A DNA stretch of 64,000 bases from an uncultured candidatus Porisulfidus sp. (GTDB lineage: Bacteria > Pseudomonadota > Gammaproteobacteria > Poriferisulfidales > Poriferisulfidaceae). The translations under genes were made by a program, and so were the position numbers. The notes under the pieces are model-generated. The model worked only from the letters and a program-made list of their open reading frames with translations. It was not told the origin of the DNA and did no database searches. This document shows, one piece after another, positions 32,988 through 42,275 of the stretch (its first letter is position 1; each line of letters begins with the position of its first letter). The stretch spans positions 224,001 to 288,000 of the forward strand of contig CBDASZ010000001.1 in NCBI GenBank assembly GCA_965199755.1. The letters run 5' to 3'.

Positions 32988-34516
32988 CAGAACAGGCCGG
33001 CCCGATAGGCCAGCCATCCGGTGGCGGCCAGAAGCGCAAGGAGCCAGAATCTGAGCCATCGTGCGCTTCTGCGCTGCTCTTCAATCCGTTGCGTCAGTTT
33101 GCCTTGGACATCTTCAACAGAGGGGGGCGTTGCGAAATACGCGAGCAGTTTGGGAATCCAGTGTGACTGCGCCTCCGACAGCACCGCGCGGATACCGGCT
33201 TGTTCCCGAATCCAGCGCTTGATAAAGGGCGTGGTGGTTGTCCACAAGTTCAACTGCGGATACAACTCCCGGCTGATGCCTTCAATATTGATCAGGGTTT
33301 TTTCCAGCAAGGCCAGTTGCGGCTGAAGGTCCATGTGGAATCGGCGGGTGACCTGAAACAATTGCCACAGCAGGGCACCAAATGAGATTTCTGTGGGGGA
33401 GTACTGGAAAATCGGCTCCGAAACTGTGCGTACGGCCGCTTCGAAGTCCTCAATTCGCGTATCTGGCGGAACCCAGCCGGAACGGACGTGCAATTCGGCG
33501 ATCTGGCGATAGTCGCGCTTCAGCAAGGCGTCAAGGTTGAGCGCCAGATATAACAGATCGAAGCGAGACAGGGATCCGACGATGCCGAAATCGACGAGGT
33601 TGTAGCACGGCTTTTGGGGGTTGTCGATCGAAATGAAAATGTTGCCTGGGTGCATGTCGGCGTGAAACAGGTTGTGGTCGAAAAGTTGTCGGAAGAAGAT
33701 TTCCACCCCTTGTTTGGCGAGTTGCTCCATATCCACGCCGGCCCGCATCATGGCCTCGCGATCTGTTAAGCGGACGCCGGTGATGTGCTCCATGGTTATC
33801 ACATGGCGTGAGGTGTACTCCCAATACACGCGAGGAACGTACAGAAGGTCGCTGTCCTTGAAATTTCGGCGCATCTGGTTAGCGTTGGCCGCCTCGCGTC
33901 GCAGGTCAAGCTCGTCCAGAATGATTTTCTCGTATTCGCCGACCAGTTCCACCGGACGCAGCCGTCGGCTTTCCTTCCACAAAAACTCCAGCGTACGCGC
34001 TAGCGCATACATCAAATTCACGTCCTGATGCACCACTTTCTCAATATTGGGGCGCAGCACCTTAACGATCACGTTGACGCCATGCAGTTGCGCGACGTGG
34101 ACTTGCGCGATTGAAGCTGAGGCCAGCGCCTCTGTTTCAAAAGAGTCAAAAATTTCCGAGACCGGACGCCCCAGAGCCTTTTCGACTTCAGCGCGGGCCT
34201 GATCTCCGTCGAAGGGTGGCACCCGATCCTGCAACAATGCCAACTCGGCCGCCAGATCCCGCGGCAACATGTCGCCGCGTGTAGACAAGATTTGCCCGAA
34301 CTTGATAAACGCCGGGCCCAAATCCTGCAGCGCCAGACGGATGCGTGCTGGCAGTGGGTGGCGTTTCCTTCGATGCCAGTGCCACGGCAGAATACGCACC
34401 ACCCAGTGGACGGGCCGAAACAGCGGCATGGATAGCAGGTACTCGTCGACTTCGTGGCGGGCCAACGTCCACAAGATACGCAACAGTCGTGTCACAACGC
34501 GACCGGGCTGTTTCAT
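32987..34516 (-). CDS. ubiB: Ubiquinone biosynthesis kinase-like protein UbiB
   Basis: LGPAFIKFGQILSTR, ASASIAQVH, FHADMHPGN, DFGIVG. Confidence 0.96.
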   Translation of the reverse strand: MKQPGRVVTRLLRILWTLARHEVDEYLLSMPLFRPVHWVVRILPWHWHRRKRHPLPARIRLALQDLGPAFIKFGQILSTRGDMLPRDLAAELALLQDRVPPFDGDQARAEVEKALGRPVSEIFDSFETEALASASIAQVHVAQLHGVNVIVKVLRPNIEKVVHQDVNLMYALARTLEFLWKESRRLRPVELVGEYEKIILDELDLRREAANANQMRRNFKDSDLLYVPRVYWEYTSRHVITMEHITGVRLTDREAMMRAGVDMEQLAKQGVEIFFRQLFDHNLFHADMHPGNIFISIDNPQKPCYNLVDFGIVGSLSRFDLLYLALNLDALLKRDYRQIAELHVRSGWVPPDTRIEDFEAAVRTVSEPIFQYSPTEISFGALLWQLFQVTRRFHMDLQPQLALLEKTLINIEGISRELYPQLNLWTTTTPFIKRWIREQAGIRAVLSEAQSHWIPKLLAYFATPPSVEDVQGKLTQRIEEQRRSARWLRFWLLALLAATGWLAYRAGLF

Positions 34517-34795
34517 AAGATCAGAGTTGTGCGGGACAGTGTATGCACGGGAGACAGAGTGGCAAAAAGCGGGTTATTGTGTCGCAGGCGTAGTGTTTCG
34601 CGCCAAAACAGGGGGTTGCGTGATTAGGGACACAATATTATAAGGCAGGGGCTTGTGGTGTGCATGCGGGTCAGCGGACAAAGTGATAGAGGATGACTGA
34701 TAAAATGGTAGTTGAAGCCACCGACCATATATAAAACTGGTTCTCAGATCATGCCCGAAAACAACGAAAATGACAATGATGGCATAATTCAGGGT

Positions 34796-36538
34796 ATGAA
34801 AGGTCTCATTCATCGCCTGCTTGGGGTGTCATTTGTGTTGGCGCTGGGGGCATTTGGCGTGGTAAGCGCGGACCCGGGCCTCAATATGCCCGAGGGCAGT
34901 TTCGTGGTAGCACTGCGCATAAACCCGCAGGATACAAAGGATTTAGAGCAATCTGATACGCAAGATTCAGGGGGTACACCAACTGACGAAGCCGAAACCG
35001 CGCCGCCGCAGGATCCGCCGGTCAATTCAGGGGATCAGGATGCGGAAAATCAGGAGGGATTGCGCGATTGGTTGGCGCGAGTGCTGTTTCCGCCGCAGTC
35101 TGCAGAGCTGGGGGACGGTGATGAGGCGTCAGAAGACAGTGCGCCGCAGACAGCTGAGGCTGAAGAGCCGGAGCCGTCGCCGCCCGCTGTGACAGAGGCG
35201 CCGCCTGAGGAGCCGGAACCACCCGAAGAGGCTGAAATTCCGCCAGAAGATCCTGCTGATGAAGAATCCGAAGATGTACTAACGCGGGCCGAGCGGGTCT
35301 TGGAAAATCTGGTCGATCTTTTGTTTGGCCTCCTGCCGGAAGAGACGGCCAGTTCACTAGACAGTCAGGATTCTGAGGAAAATCAGAGCGATTCCGAGCC
35401 TTCCGCAAGTGCGGAGGACCAGCAAAGCGCTGAATCCGCGCAAAGCGTACAGCGGGGAGCAGCTCAGCCTGCATCTTCCTTATCGCCTTCCACGCAAGGA
35501 CAGGGGACGGCCGGGACACCCACTAACACGCCAGCCGGCTCTGGGGACGGCGCTGAAGCACCATCAGGCAGTCCAGGCGAGTCGGGCGCTTCACAGGGGC
35601 AAGGCACAGGGCAGGGAGCAGTGTCCTCAGCGCCTTCTTCCTCCCCATCAGACAGCGCCTCCGGCTCCGAAGGGGGCAGTTCCGGGGAATCTTCAGGCGC
35701 ATCGGGATCAACCGAAAGTGCGTCAGGCGATCCGGGCGCTTCATCTGGACAGGGCGCAGCGGCTTCCGCATCCTCTACACCTTCGCAGGGTGCAGCAAAA
35801 GCCGGGGGGGCTGCGGCTGCTGAAGCGGGCAGCGCCTCCGCAGGCAGTGCGGTGGGCGACGTACAAGTCCCAGGGGTGCCAGGAGTACCCGGTTTACCGG
35901 GGCTGAGTCCCGGAGCCGGGCTAGGCCTTGACCTTGATCTGGAGCCAACGGTTTCAGGGGATGTGGGCACAGACGCATCGGGTGACACGGAAGGGACAGG
36001 GCAATCATCAGGCACTTCGGAATCTTCGGCAAGCGCATCAGGTCAGGAGGGCGCTTCGTCTGAACAGAACGCAGGTGCACCGGGCAATGCACCCGCACAG
36101 GGAGGCTTGGAATCAGGCAGTCCTGCAGGACGCGGGGTGACTCAGGCGGAGAAACAGGCCGAGATTGCTACCCGCGCCGGCAAGATCATGGAGAATCTTG
36201 ACGCTGTCTTGTTGCAGTCTCAGAAGGATCTGGAGGCCAGCACTGCGGAAGACGCGGAACTGGTGTCGATCGATGAAAGGTCGGGCTCCGGGGAGAGCGG
36301 CGATACGCAGGCGGAACAGGAGCAAACGGAAGACGGAGAAGAGGAGATGCAGCAGGGATCCAGAGACACAACGCCAGGCAATCAGGCCAGCAAAAGAGGT
36401 TCTGGTGGCGAGCTTGACCCGGAATCGGATATAGTGGTACGCCAAGTATGCGATCTTGCGGAACAAGAAGAGAATCCAGAGGTCAAACAGAAGCTGACAC
36501 AACGTTGTGCGGACATGAAAAAAGATGCGAAAAACTAA
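34796..36538 (+). CDS. Exported low-complexity (Glu/Pro then Ser/Gly/Ala-rich) protein, first gene of the putative motor operon; alternative start 34751
   Basis: Signal-like MKGLIHRLLGVSFVLALGAFGVVSA, long disordered body, helical C-terminus DIVVRQVCDLAEQEENPEVKQKL. Confidence 0.75.
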   Translation: MKGLIHRLLGVSFVLALGAFGVVSADPGLNMPEGSFVVALRINPQDTKDLEQSDTQDSGGTPTDEAETAPPQDPPVNSGDQDAENQEGLRDWLARVLFPPQSAELGDGDEASEDSAPQTAEAEEPEPSPPAVTEAPPEEPEPPEEAEIPPEDPADEESEDVLTRAERVLENLVDLLFGLLPEETASSLDSQDSEENQSDSEPSASAEDQQSAESAQSVQRGAAQPASSLSPSTQGQGTAGTPTNTPAGSGDGAEAPSGSPGESGASQGQGTGQGAVSSAPSSSPSDSASGSEGGSSGESSGASGSTESASGDPGASSGQGAAASASSTPSQGAAKAGGAAAAEAGSASAGSAVGDVQVPGVPGVPGLPGLSPGAGLGLDLDLEPTVSGDVGTDASGDTEGTGQSSGTSESSASASGQEGASSEQNAGAPGNAPAQGGLESGSPAGRGVTQAEKQAEIATRAGKIMENLDAVLLQSQKDLEASTAEDAELVSIDERSGSGESGDTQAEQEQTEDGEEEMQQGSRDTTPGNQASKRGSGGELDPESDIVVRQVCDLAEQEENPEVKQKLTQRCADMKKDAKN

Positions 36539-37694
36539 CCAGCTGATCGGCTTGACGCTGCTGTGCGCACTGGCGACGGCCTGCAAAAGCGGGATCTATT
36601 CCGGTGGTTTCCTGTCGCTGGAGGATGATGCTCCCGCGGAGCCGATCCCGGTCGAGGCGTACATTGACGCGGGCATTGTCCGTTTCAAGGGGCCGATTGA
36701 CGAGGATGATCTAGCCGAAGGCAAAGTATTCAAGAAAGTCCGCGAAGCCGAGACGCATTATTTCCCGCAGCAGCTTCGCCAGGCGATGATTCGCAGCGGC
36801 GGCTGGCGACACGTCTGGGTGGTGCCCGAGACGTCGGTGGTGGATCTGAAGGTCGAGGGCTTGATCATCACTTCGGACGGTGAGGATCTGGATTTGCGGA
36901 TTATTGCCACTGATGCGACCGGCCGCAGATGGCTGGACAAAACCTACGACCATGAACTCACGGAGGAGAATTTCGCGCCAAGTCAGGGTGTGCAGATGCC
37001 GGACATGCTGTTTGACCAAATCGCCGCAGACCTGTTGAAGTTGCGCGACCGCCAAGGGGTGGAAGCGCTCAAGGAAATTCGCACGGTGGCGGAGTTGAAG
37101 TTCGCCAGAAATTTCGCACCGGAGGCGTTTGAGCGTTATGTCGGGCGCGATGGTGGCCGAGATTATCTGGTGTCGTTGCCGGCTCAGGACGATCTGAAGT
37201 ACCAGTTGGTGCTGCAGATTCGGGAATACGATGACCGGTTTATGGAGCAGTTGCAGGCCCACTCCATGAAGTTTTCCGACCGGATAGATTCCTCCTATCG
37301 CGATTGGCTCAAGCAAAGTTACTTTGAGCATCGCGCCCGTTCGGAAGAGGTCACCGACAGCGTTGTCCAAGGCGTGCTGAGTGTTTTGGCGCTGGCGGCC
37401 GGGGTGGCGATAGCGGCGGACGGCGGGCATCCTGACACACGCAATGCCGGAGTGTTGCTGGCGGCTGCCGGAGCGTATGGTGCTTACGAAGCGTATGGGA
37501 AATACGAAGGCACTGAAATTCACGACGCCGCATTGAAAGAACTCGGTCACTCACTCAATCTGGAGGTTGAGCCTCAGATCATTGAGATAGAAAGCGAAAC
37601 CTACACGCTTCGCGGTTCGGTCGAGGAGCAATATCAGCAGTGGCGCGACATCCTCAACGACATCTACGCATCGGAACGCGGCCTCCGCAATTGA
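36525..37694 (+). CDS. Putative lipoprotein of unknown function
   Basis: Lipobox LATA-C after a basic/hydrophobic leader; glycine-zipper-like hydrophobic hairpin near the C-terminus. Confidence 0.75.
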   Translation: MRKTNQLIGLTLLCALATACKSGIYSGGFLSLEDDAPAEPIPVEAYIDAGIVRFKGPIDEDDLAEGKVFKKVREAETHYFPQQLRQAMIRSGGWRHVWVVPETSVVDLKVEGLIITSDGEDLDLRIIATDATGRRWLDKTYDHELTEENFAPSQGVQMPDMLFDQIAADLLKLRDRQGVEALKEIRTVAELKFARNFAPEAFERYVGRDGGRDYLVSLPAQDDLKYQLVLQIREYDDRFMEQLQAHSMKFSDRIDSSYRDWLKQSYFEHRARSEEVTDSVVQGVLSVLALAAGVAIAADGGHPDTRNAGVLLAAAGAYGAYEAYGKYEGTEIHDAALKELGHSLNLEVEPQIIEIESETYTLRGSVEEQYQQWRDILNDIYASERGLRN

Positions 37695-38425
37695 TCCGCA
37701 CCATCGGGGCGCTTGCGCTGGCGGTTTGGTCGGCGGTTGCGGTCGGCGCGGAATCCGCGGTGCCGCAAGCCGTGCTCGCGGCCATGGCTCGCGGTGACTG
37801 GGCGGAAGCGGCGCGACTGTTGCAGCCGCTTGACGGCGAGCGGGTGCGCGCCTACCGAAGTCAGGCTCTAGCGGAATTGCAGCATCTTGATGCCCGACCG
37901 CATATGCAGCAGGCCGAACAGGCGCGACAAAAACAAGACTGGAACGCTGCGGACGCGGCTTATGGCCGCGCGCTGGCGCGGGCTCCGTTGCTGGCGGCTG
38001 CGCAGAAGGGTCGCGCGCAAATCAAACCCTATATCGATGCGCATCAGCAACTGGCGGCACTGAAAGTGGATGAGGGTTTGTTTGATCCGGTGCTGCGGGC
38101 GCGGGCGCGGGACTGGCTGGCGGCGGTGCAGAAGCAAAAACTTTCAGATCCCAAAATCAATGCGGCGCTACGGGTGATCCCGCAAGTGGTCCAGCGTGCC
38201 GAGACACCGGTGTTTTTCACGCTGACTTCCGACGGCAAATCAGAGGTGGAGATCCATGGTGTGGGCAAGCTCGGACGTCTGCAGGAGCAGACCCTGAAAC
38301 TTGCTCCGGGGGATTATGTGGCGGTAGCGTTTCGTCCCGGCTATCGGGACACGCGCAAAGTCCTGCGGGTGCGACCGGATGAGACGTTGAGCGTGGACAT
38401 CCGCTGTACGGAGGAGATCCGGTGA
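37691..38425 (+). CDS. Exported TPR-like helical protein with C-terminal PEGA-like beta domain
   Basis: TTG start overlapping the upstream stop; signal peptide; AxxAYxRAL TPR-like segment; LAPGDYVAVAFRPGYRD. Confidence 0.7.
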   Translation: MIRTIGALALAVWSAVAVGAESAVPQAVLAAMARGDWAEAARLLQPLDGERVRAYRSQALAELQHLDARPHMQQAEQARQKQDWNAADAAYGRALARAPLLAAAQKGRAQIKPYIDAHQQLAALKVDEGLFDPVLRARARDWLAAVQKQKLSDPKINAALRVIPQVVQRAETPVFFTLTSDGKSEVEIHGVGKLGRLQEQTLKLAPGDYVAVAFRPGYRDTRKVLRVRPDETLSVDIRCTEEIR

Positions 38426-40236
38426 GCGTTCCGATTCGTGAGCAGCCGTATGTGCCTCCGGCTTCCGGTGGCGGGCCAAGGAAGCGGCGGCGCTGGTGGC
38501 CGGCTTTGCTGGTGTTGCTGGCGGCGCTGGTGGTCGGCGTGCTCGCCGCCACGATGGGGCGATTGCAGACTTTTGAGGTGACCCCGGCTGAGGCGACGGT
38601 GCAACTGGATCCGAAACCGTTGCTATCAGGAGATGACTGGGCCTTGCTGCACTGGCACTGGACCTATCAAGTTGAGGCGACGGCAGAAGGGTATCGTTCC
38701 TTGAAGCAGGAGTTGCTGGTGGATGACAGCAGTCCTTCAGTGTTGCGTCTGGAACTGGAGCCGCTGCTGGGTGCCTTGCGTGTGGTGACAGACCCGAAGG
38801 TGACAGGAGAAGTAAGTCTTGAGGGCAAACGGGTCGGACTGACAGGCAATGTGATTGAGGAGTTGGAGCCTGGAATTTACGACGTAGAGGTACGCGCGCG
38901 CGGTTATGAGCCGGGGCGCGCTGAGGCGAAGGTACATGGCTATGGCGCAGTCGATGAGATCACGCTGGAATTGGTCGCTTTGGCACTGGTTGGGACGCTG
39001 ACGCTCAGCAGCGATCCTGCGGGCGCGGATCTGCTCATCAACGGTGCGGCGCAAGGGCGCGCTCCACAGACGTTGACGGGGGAAGTGGGTGCGAAGTTAC
39101 AGGTGGTGGCGCTGTATCCGGGACATGACGTGGCGCGCGCGACGCTGACTGTGCGCGAAGGGGCGCAGAAACACACTTTGCGTCTGCCGGCGCGTGTCGG
39201 CACAGTGGAGTTGTTTCCGACGCCGACCAATGCGATGATCCGTATTGATGGTGAACTGGAACTGCGCCGAAAACTGGAACTGCCGCAGCGCGAGCACCAG
39301 ATTGAGGTCTCCGCTCCGGGGCATATCACCCGAACCTATCGTCTTACGCCTCATCCAGAGTCTGCGGCGCGGCTGAGCGTTCGTCTGTTGCCGGAGTCCG
39401 TTGCGGCTACGGGACGGCGGCAGAAATGGGAGCAGGAGCAGAAGTTGCAGTTTGTGTCGTATCGGCCTTACGAATCGTTTGCCATTGAGACGACGCGGCG
39501 CAAAATCCCGGTGCGCCTCACCCGTCCGTTCGCGATTCTCGATCGCGAAGTCAGCAACAAGTTGTATCGCAAGTTCCGCGACAGTCATGATTCCGGCAAG
39601 TTCAAGGGCAAGACCCTCGACAACGGGTCGCAACCGGCGGTGCGGATGTCGTGGAATGACGCCGCGCTGTTTGCGAACTGGGCGAGCGAGCAGGCCGGAG
39701 TGGCACCGTTTTATCGAATGAAGGATGGTCAGGTGAGGGGCTTTGATGCCAGTGCCATCGGTTACCGCTTGCCGACGGACGCCGAGTGGGTATGGTTGAC
39801 GCGGCGTGAGGGGCGTTTTGCATGGGGTGATGGCCGGCCGCCAAACCGTTTTGCCAATATGGCGGATCGCACGGCCTCAAAACTGTTGTCGCAGGTGAGC
39901 AAGGAATACACTGACGGATTTGAGGTCAGCGCTCCGGTCGGCAGTTTGCAGCCGGTAACACGAGGGAAGTTGTATGATTTGCCGGGGAATGTGGCGGAAT
40001 GGATACACGACGTGTACGGCAGTGATGTTAAATTGTTGATTGACACGGGGGGCCGCGGCGTTTCCGAGGAACGGGTGGATCCCTTGGGGGTGGCGAAGGG
40101 GCAGTTCCATGTGGTGCGCGGCTTCAGCTGGCGCACTTCAAGCCAGCGAGAACTCAGTCTGGCGTACCGGAATTATGGTGCGAAAGGCAAGCTCGATGTG
40201 GGTTTTCGGCTTGCCTACTATTTGGATCCAAAATGA
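38422..40236 (+). CDS. Membrane-anchored PEGA-repeat protein with C-terminal FGE-sulfatase (SUMF1)-fold domain
   Basis: N-terminal TM, PEGA-like SDPAGADLLING, FGE motifs PAVRMSWNDA, YRLPTDAEW, LYDLPGNVAEW, VGFR. Confidence 0.88.
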   Translation: MSVPIREQPYVPPASGGGPRKRRRWWPALLVLLAALVVGVLAATMGRLQTFEVTPAEATVQLDPKPLLSGDDWALLHWHWTYQVEATAEGYRSLKQELLVDDSSPSVLRLELEPLLGALRVVTDPKVTGEVSLEGKRVGLTGNVIEELEPGIYDVEVRARGYEPGRAEAKVHGYGAVDEITLELVALALVGTLTLSSDPAGADLLINGAAQGRAPQTLTGEVGAKLQVVALYPGHDVARATLTVREGAQKHTLRLPARVGTVELFPTPTNAMIRIDGELELRRKLELPQREHQIEVSAPGHITRTYRLTPHPESAARLSVRLLPESVAATGRRQKWEQEQKLQFVSYRPYESFAIETTRRKIPVRLTRPFAILDREVSNKLYRKFRDSHDSGKFKGKTLDNGSQPAVRMSWNDAALFANWASEQAGVAPFYRMKDGQVRGFDASAIGYRLPTDAEWVWLTRREGRFAWGDGRPPNRFANMADRTASKLLSQVSKEYTDGFEVSAPVGSLQPVTRGKLYDLPGNVAEWIHDVYGSDVKLLIDTGGRGVSEERVDPLGVAKGQFHVVRGFSWRTSSQRELSLAYRNYGAKGKLDVGFRLAYYLDPK

Positions 40237-40457
40237 AGTACCTCTCTCTCGGCCTGTTGTTGTTCGCGGGGACGGCGATGGCGCAGGAGCCGCCTCCGGC
40301 AAAGGATTTAGACGCGCCGGATACGCCGTTGCTGGTCGATGTGCTCACCGGAGAGGAACTGGAGGAGATCTCGAAGAATCCCTCGCTGGTGCGCGCGCCG
40401 GCGCCGAAAGAGAAAATCACTGCGGATGAAGCAGTGGATATGCCGCGGGACATCTGA
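40233..40457 (+). CDS. Small exported protein
   Basis: Signal peptide with AMA cleavage site; overlaps both neighbours (ATGA, TGATG). Confidence 0.7.
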   Translation: MKYLSLGLLLFAGTAMAQEPPPAKDLDAPDTPLLVDVLTGEELEEISKNPSLVRAPAPKEKITADEAVDMPRDI

Positions 40458-41335
40458 TGCGTTTGCCGAACTGGCGTGACAACGAAGTGGTCTGGCAACT
40501 GCTGGCGCTGTTGCTGAGCATCGTGCTGGTGCATGCGGCGTATGAGCTGGTGGTGCGTCCCACCGCGGCGGTCGAATTGCAGCGTCAGGCGGTGCTGGCG
40601 CAGGCCGAAGCGCCGGCGGATCTGCTGGAGCCGCCTGTGTCAGTGAAGGCGGCGGTTGTGATCAAGGATTACGAACAGGAAGCCTGCTTCATCGCGCTGT
40701 TTTGGGCTTTCGCCATCATGTGGATGAAAGTAATGAAATTACAGTTCTCACGGCGTCTTCTGAGCTGGCCGGGACGCGGTGGAGAGGAGAGTTTTCTGGA
40801 AACCACCGACACGGATGTGATCCTGCCGCAACCGCAGGATCGAGCGCGCTTTGCGGAGATACGCGAACATGCCCGTCAGCATGGCTTCGGCGGCGCGGTG
40901 TTGTTTCAGGCGGTCGATGCCTGTCTGGACCGGTTCTTCACCACGCATTCCGTGTCGGATGCGACCGCGGCGATGAAGGCGCGCTGTGAAATGGAAGCGG
41001 AGCGTCAGGACACCGAACTGGCGCTGGTGCGTTATCTGACCTGGGCGATTCCGTCCTTGGGCTTCATTGGCACGGTTCGCGGCATCAGCGCGGCGCTGGG
41101 ACAGGCGGAAGAGGCGACGCGCGGCAATATTGGGCCGGTGACCGAAAGTCTGGGCGTGGCGTTCAATTCAACCTTTGTCGCCTTGCTGATCAGTCTGATC
41201 ATCATGCTGCTACTGCACAAGTTGCAGGAGGCCCAGGAATCCTTGGTGCTGGATTCGCAGGAACATTGTCAGCATCACCTGTTGCGCTACTTGCGCGGAC
41301 GGGTGCGCGCGGATGAACCCTCTGCTTCGGATTGA
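40457..41335 (+). CDS. MotA/TolQ/ExbB proton-channel family protein
   Basis: WAIPSLGFIGTVRGI and LGVAFNSTFVAL helices typical of the family. Confidence 0.92.
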   Translation: MRLPNWRDNEVVWQLLALLLSIVLVHAAYELVVRPTAAVELQRQAVLAQAEAPADLLEPPVSVKAAVVIKDYEQEACFIALFWAFAIMWMKVMKLQFSRRLLSWPGRGGEESFLETTDTDVILPQPQDRARFAEIREHARQHGFGGAVLFQAVDACLDRFFTTHSVSDATAAMKARCEMEAERQDTELALVRYLTWAIPSLGFIGTVRGISAALGQAEEATRGNIGPVTESLGVAFNSTFVALLISLIIMLLLHKLQEAQESLVLDSQEHCQHHLLRYLRGRVRADEPSASD

Positions 41336-42275
41336 CGGCTATCTTCTGGCGCACGCCCAAGGCGAGCGTTGGGAGGCCGAATGGTGCGCCGCACATAGGC
41401 TCGAAGGCCGCAAGCGCTGGCAGTTTGGAAGCGGTAGCCTGTTGCCGGTCAAGCATGACGGCAACGAGAACAACAGTTATTTCGAGCGGCTGGAAGCCTA
41501 CGACATCGGTAGTGGTGGCTCCGATCTGGATATGGCGTATTGGCACCTGCAGCAGTTTTCTTCTGCCACGAACGATGCGTCTTTGGATTTACTGGTCAGC
41601 GCGACCTTAAATCAGGCGCGTCTGGAACGTCTGATGGGCGTGCTGTCCGCTTTGGGGCATCGCCCCCGGCGTGTGCTGCCGCATGCGTTGCTGGCCGCAT
41701 GGCAGGAAGCCCGCAGACGGAGTGCCGGGGCTGGCGGCACATATCAACTCATTGAGCTGGGGCGCAGCCACTGCAGCATCAGCACGGTTCGGGTGGATGC
41801 GAATGAGGTGGTGCTGTCCTCTCCGCATGCGCGGGAGTACGAGTTCGGGTTTCAGCAGATCTTCTCGCAATGGATGGAGCAGGCGGCGCAAGAGTTTGCC
41901 GCGCGTCAACGTTTCGACATTCACCGCAATCTGGTGGCGAACCGCGAACGCCTGTTCTTGCAGATGCGCCGGGCATCGTACGACGAGGACGCGCAATCCG
42001 AGTCACTGGAGCTGGACTCTCATGTAATTGCGTTAGATCTGGAGTCTTTCGCAATCAACTGGCCCGCGGATATGCTGGAAGCGGACGCGGACCACTGTTG
42101 GCTAGTGCGGCCCCTGACTCAGGAACTGGCCTTGTACCCGCCCGGCGTTAGTTATCAGGGGAAGGTGTCGTGTCTCTGCCCGGAAGGGTCGGTTGACGCG
42201 GTGCGTCAAGCGTTGGAGAGCGTACCTGAGGGCGATGGGCCTGAGTTGATTACGGAACTGAAACTGGGCTCGTGA
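41313..42275 (+). CDS. Hypothetical cytoplasmic protein (possible degenerate actin/Hsp70-like fold)
   Basis: No signal or TM; overlaps both neighbours; fold guess from secondary-structure-like pattern only. Confidence 0.6.
   Translation: MNPLLRIDGYLLAHAQGERWEAEWCAAHRLEGRKRWQFGSGSLLPVKHDGNENNSYFERLEAYDIGSGGSDLDMAYWHLQQFSSATNDASLDLLVSATLNQARLERLMGVLSALGHRPRRVLPHALLAAWQEARRRSAGAGGTYQLIELGRSHCSISTVRVDANEVVLSSPHAREYEFGFQQIFSQWMEQAAQEFAARQRFDIHRNLVANRERLFLQMRRASYDEDAQSESLELDSHVIALDLESFAINWPADMLEADADHCWLVRPLTQELALYPPGVSYQGKVSCLCPEGSVDAVRQALESVPEGDGPELITELKLGS

Noticed and set aside
35022-36140. Overlapping antisense/alternate ORFs or a tandem DNA repeat/CRISPR in the low-complexity gene
   Set aside because: The repeats are at the amino-acid composition level with no fixed-length DNA repeat-spacer pattern; shadow ORFs arise from stop-poor codons
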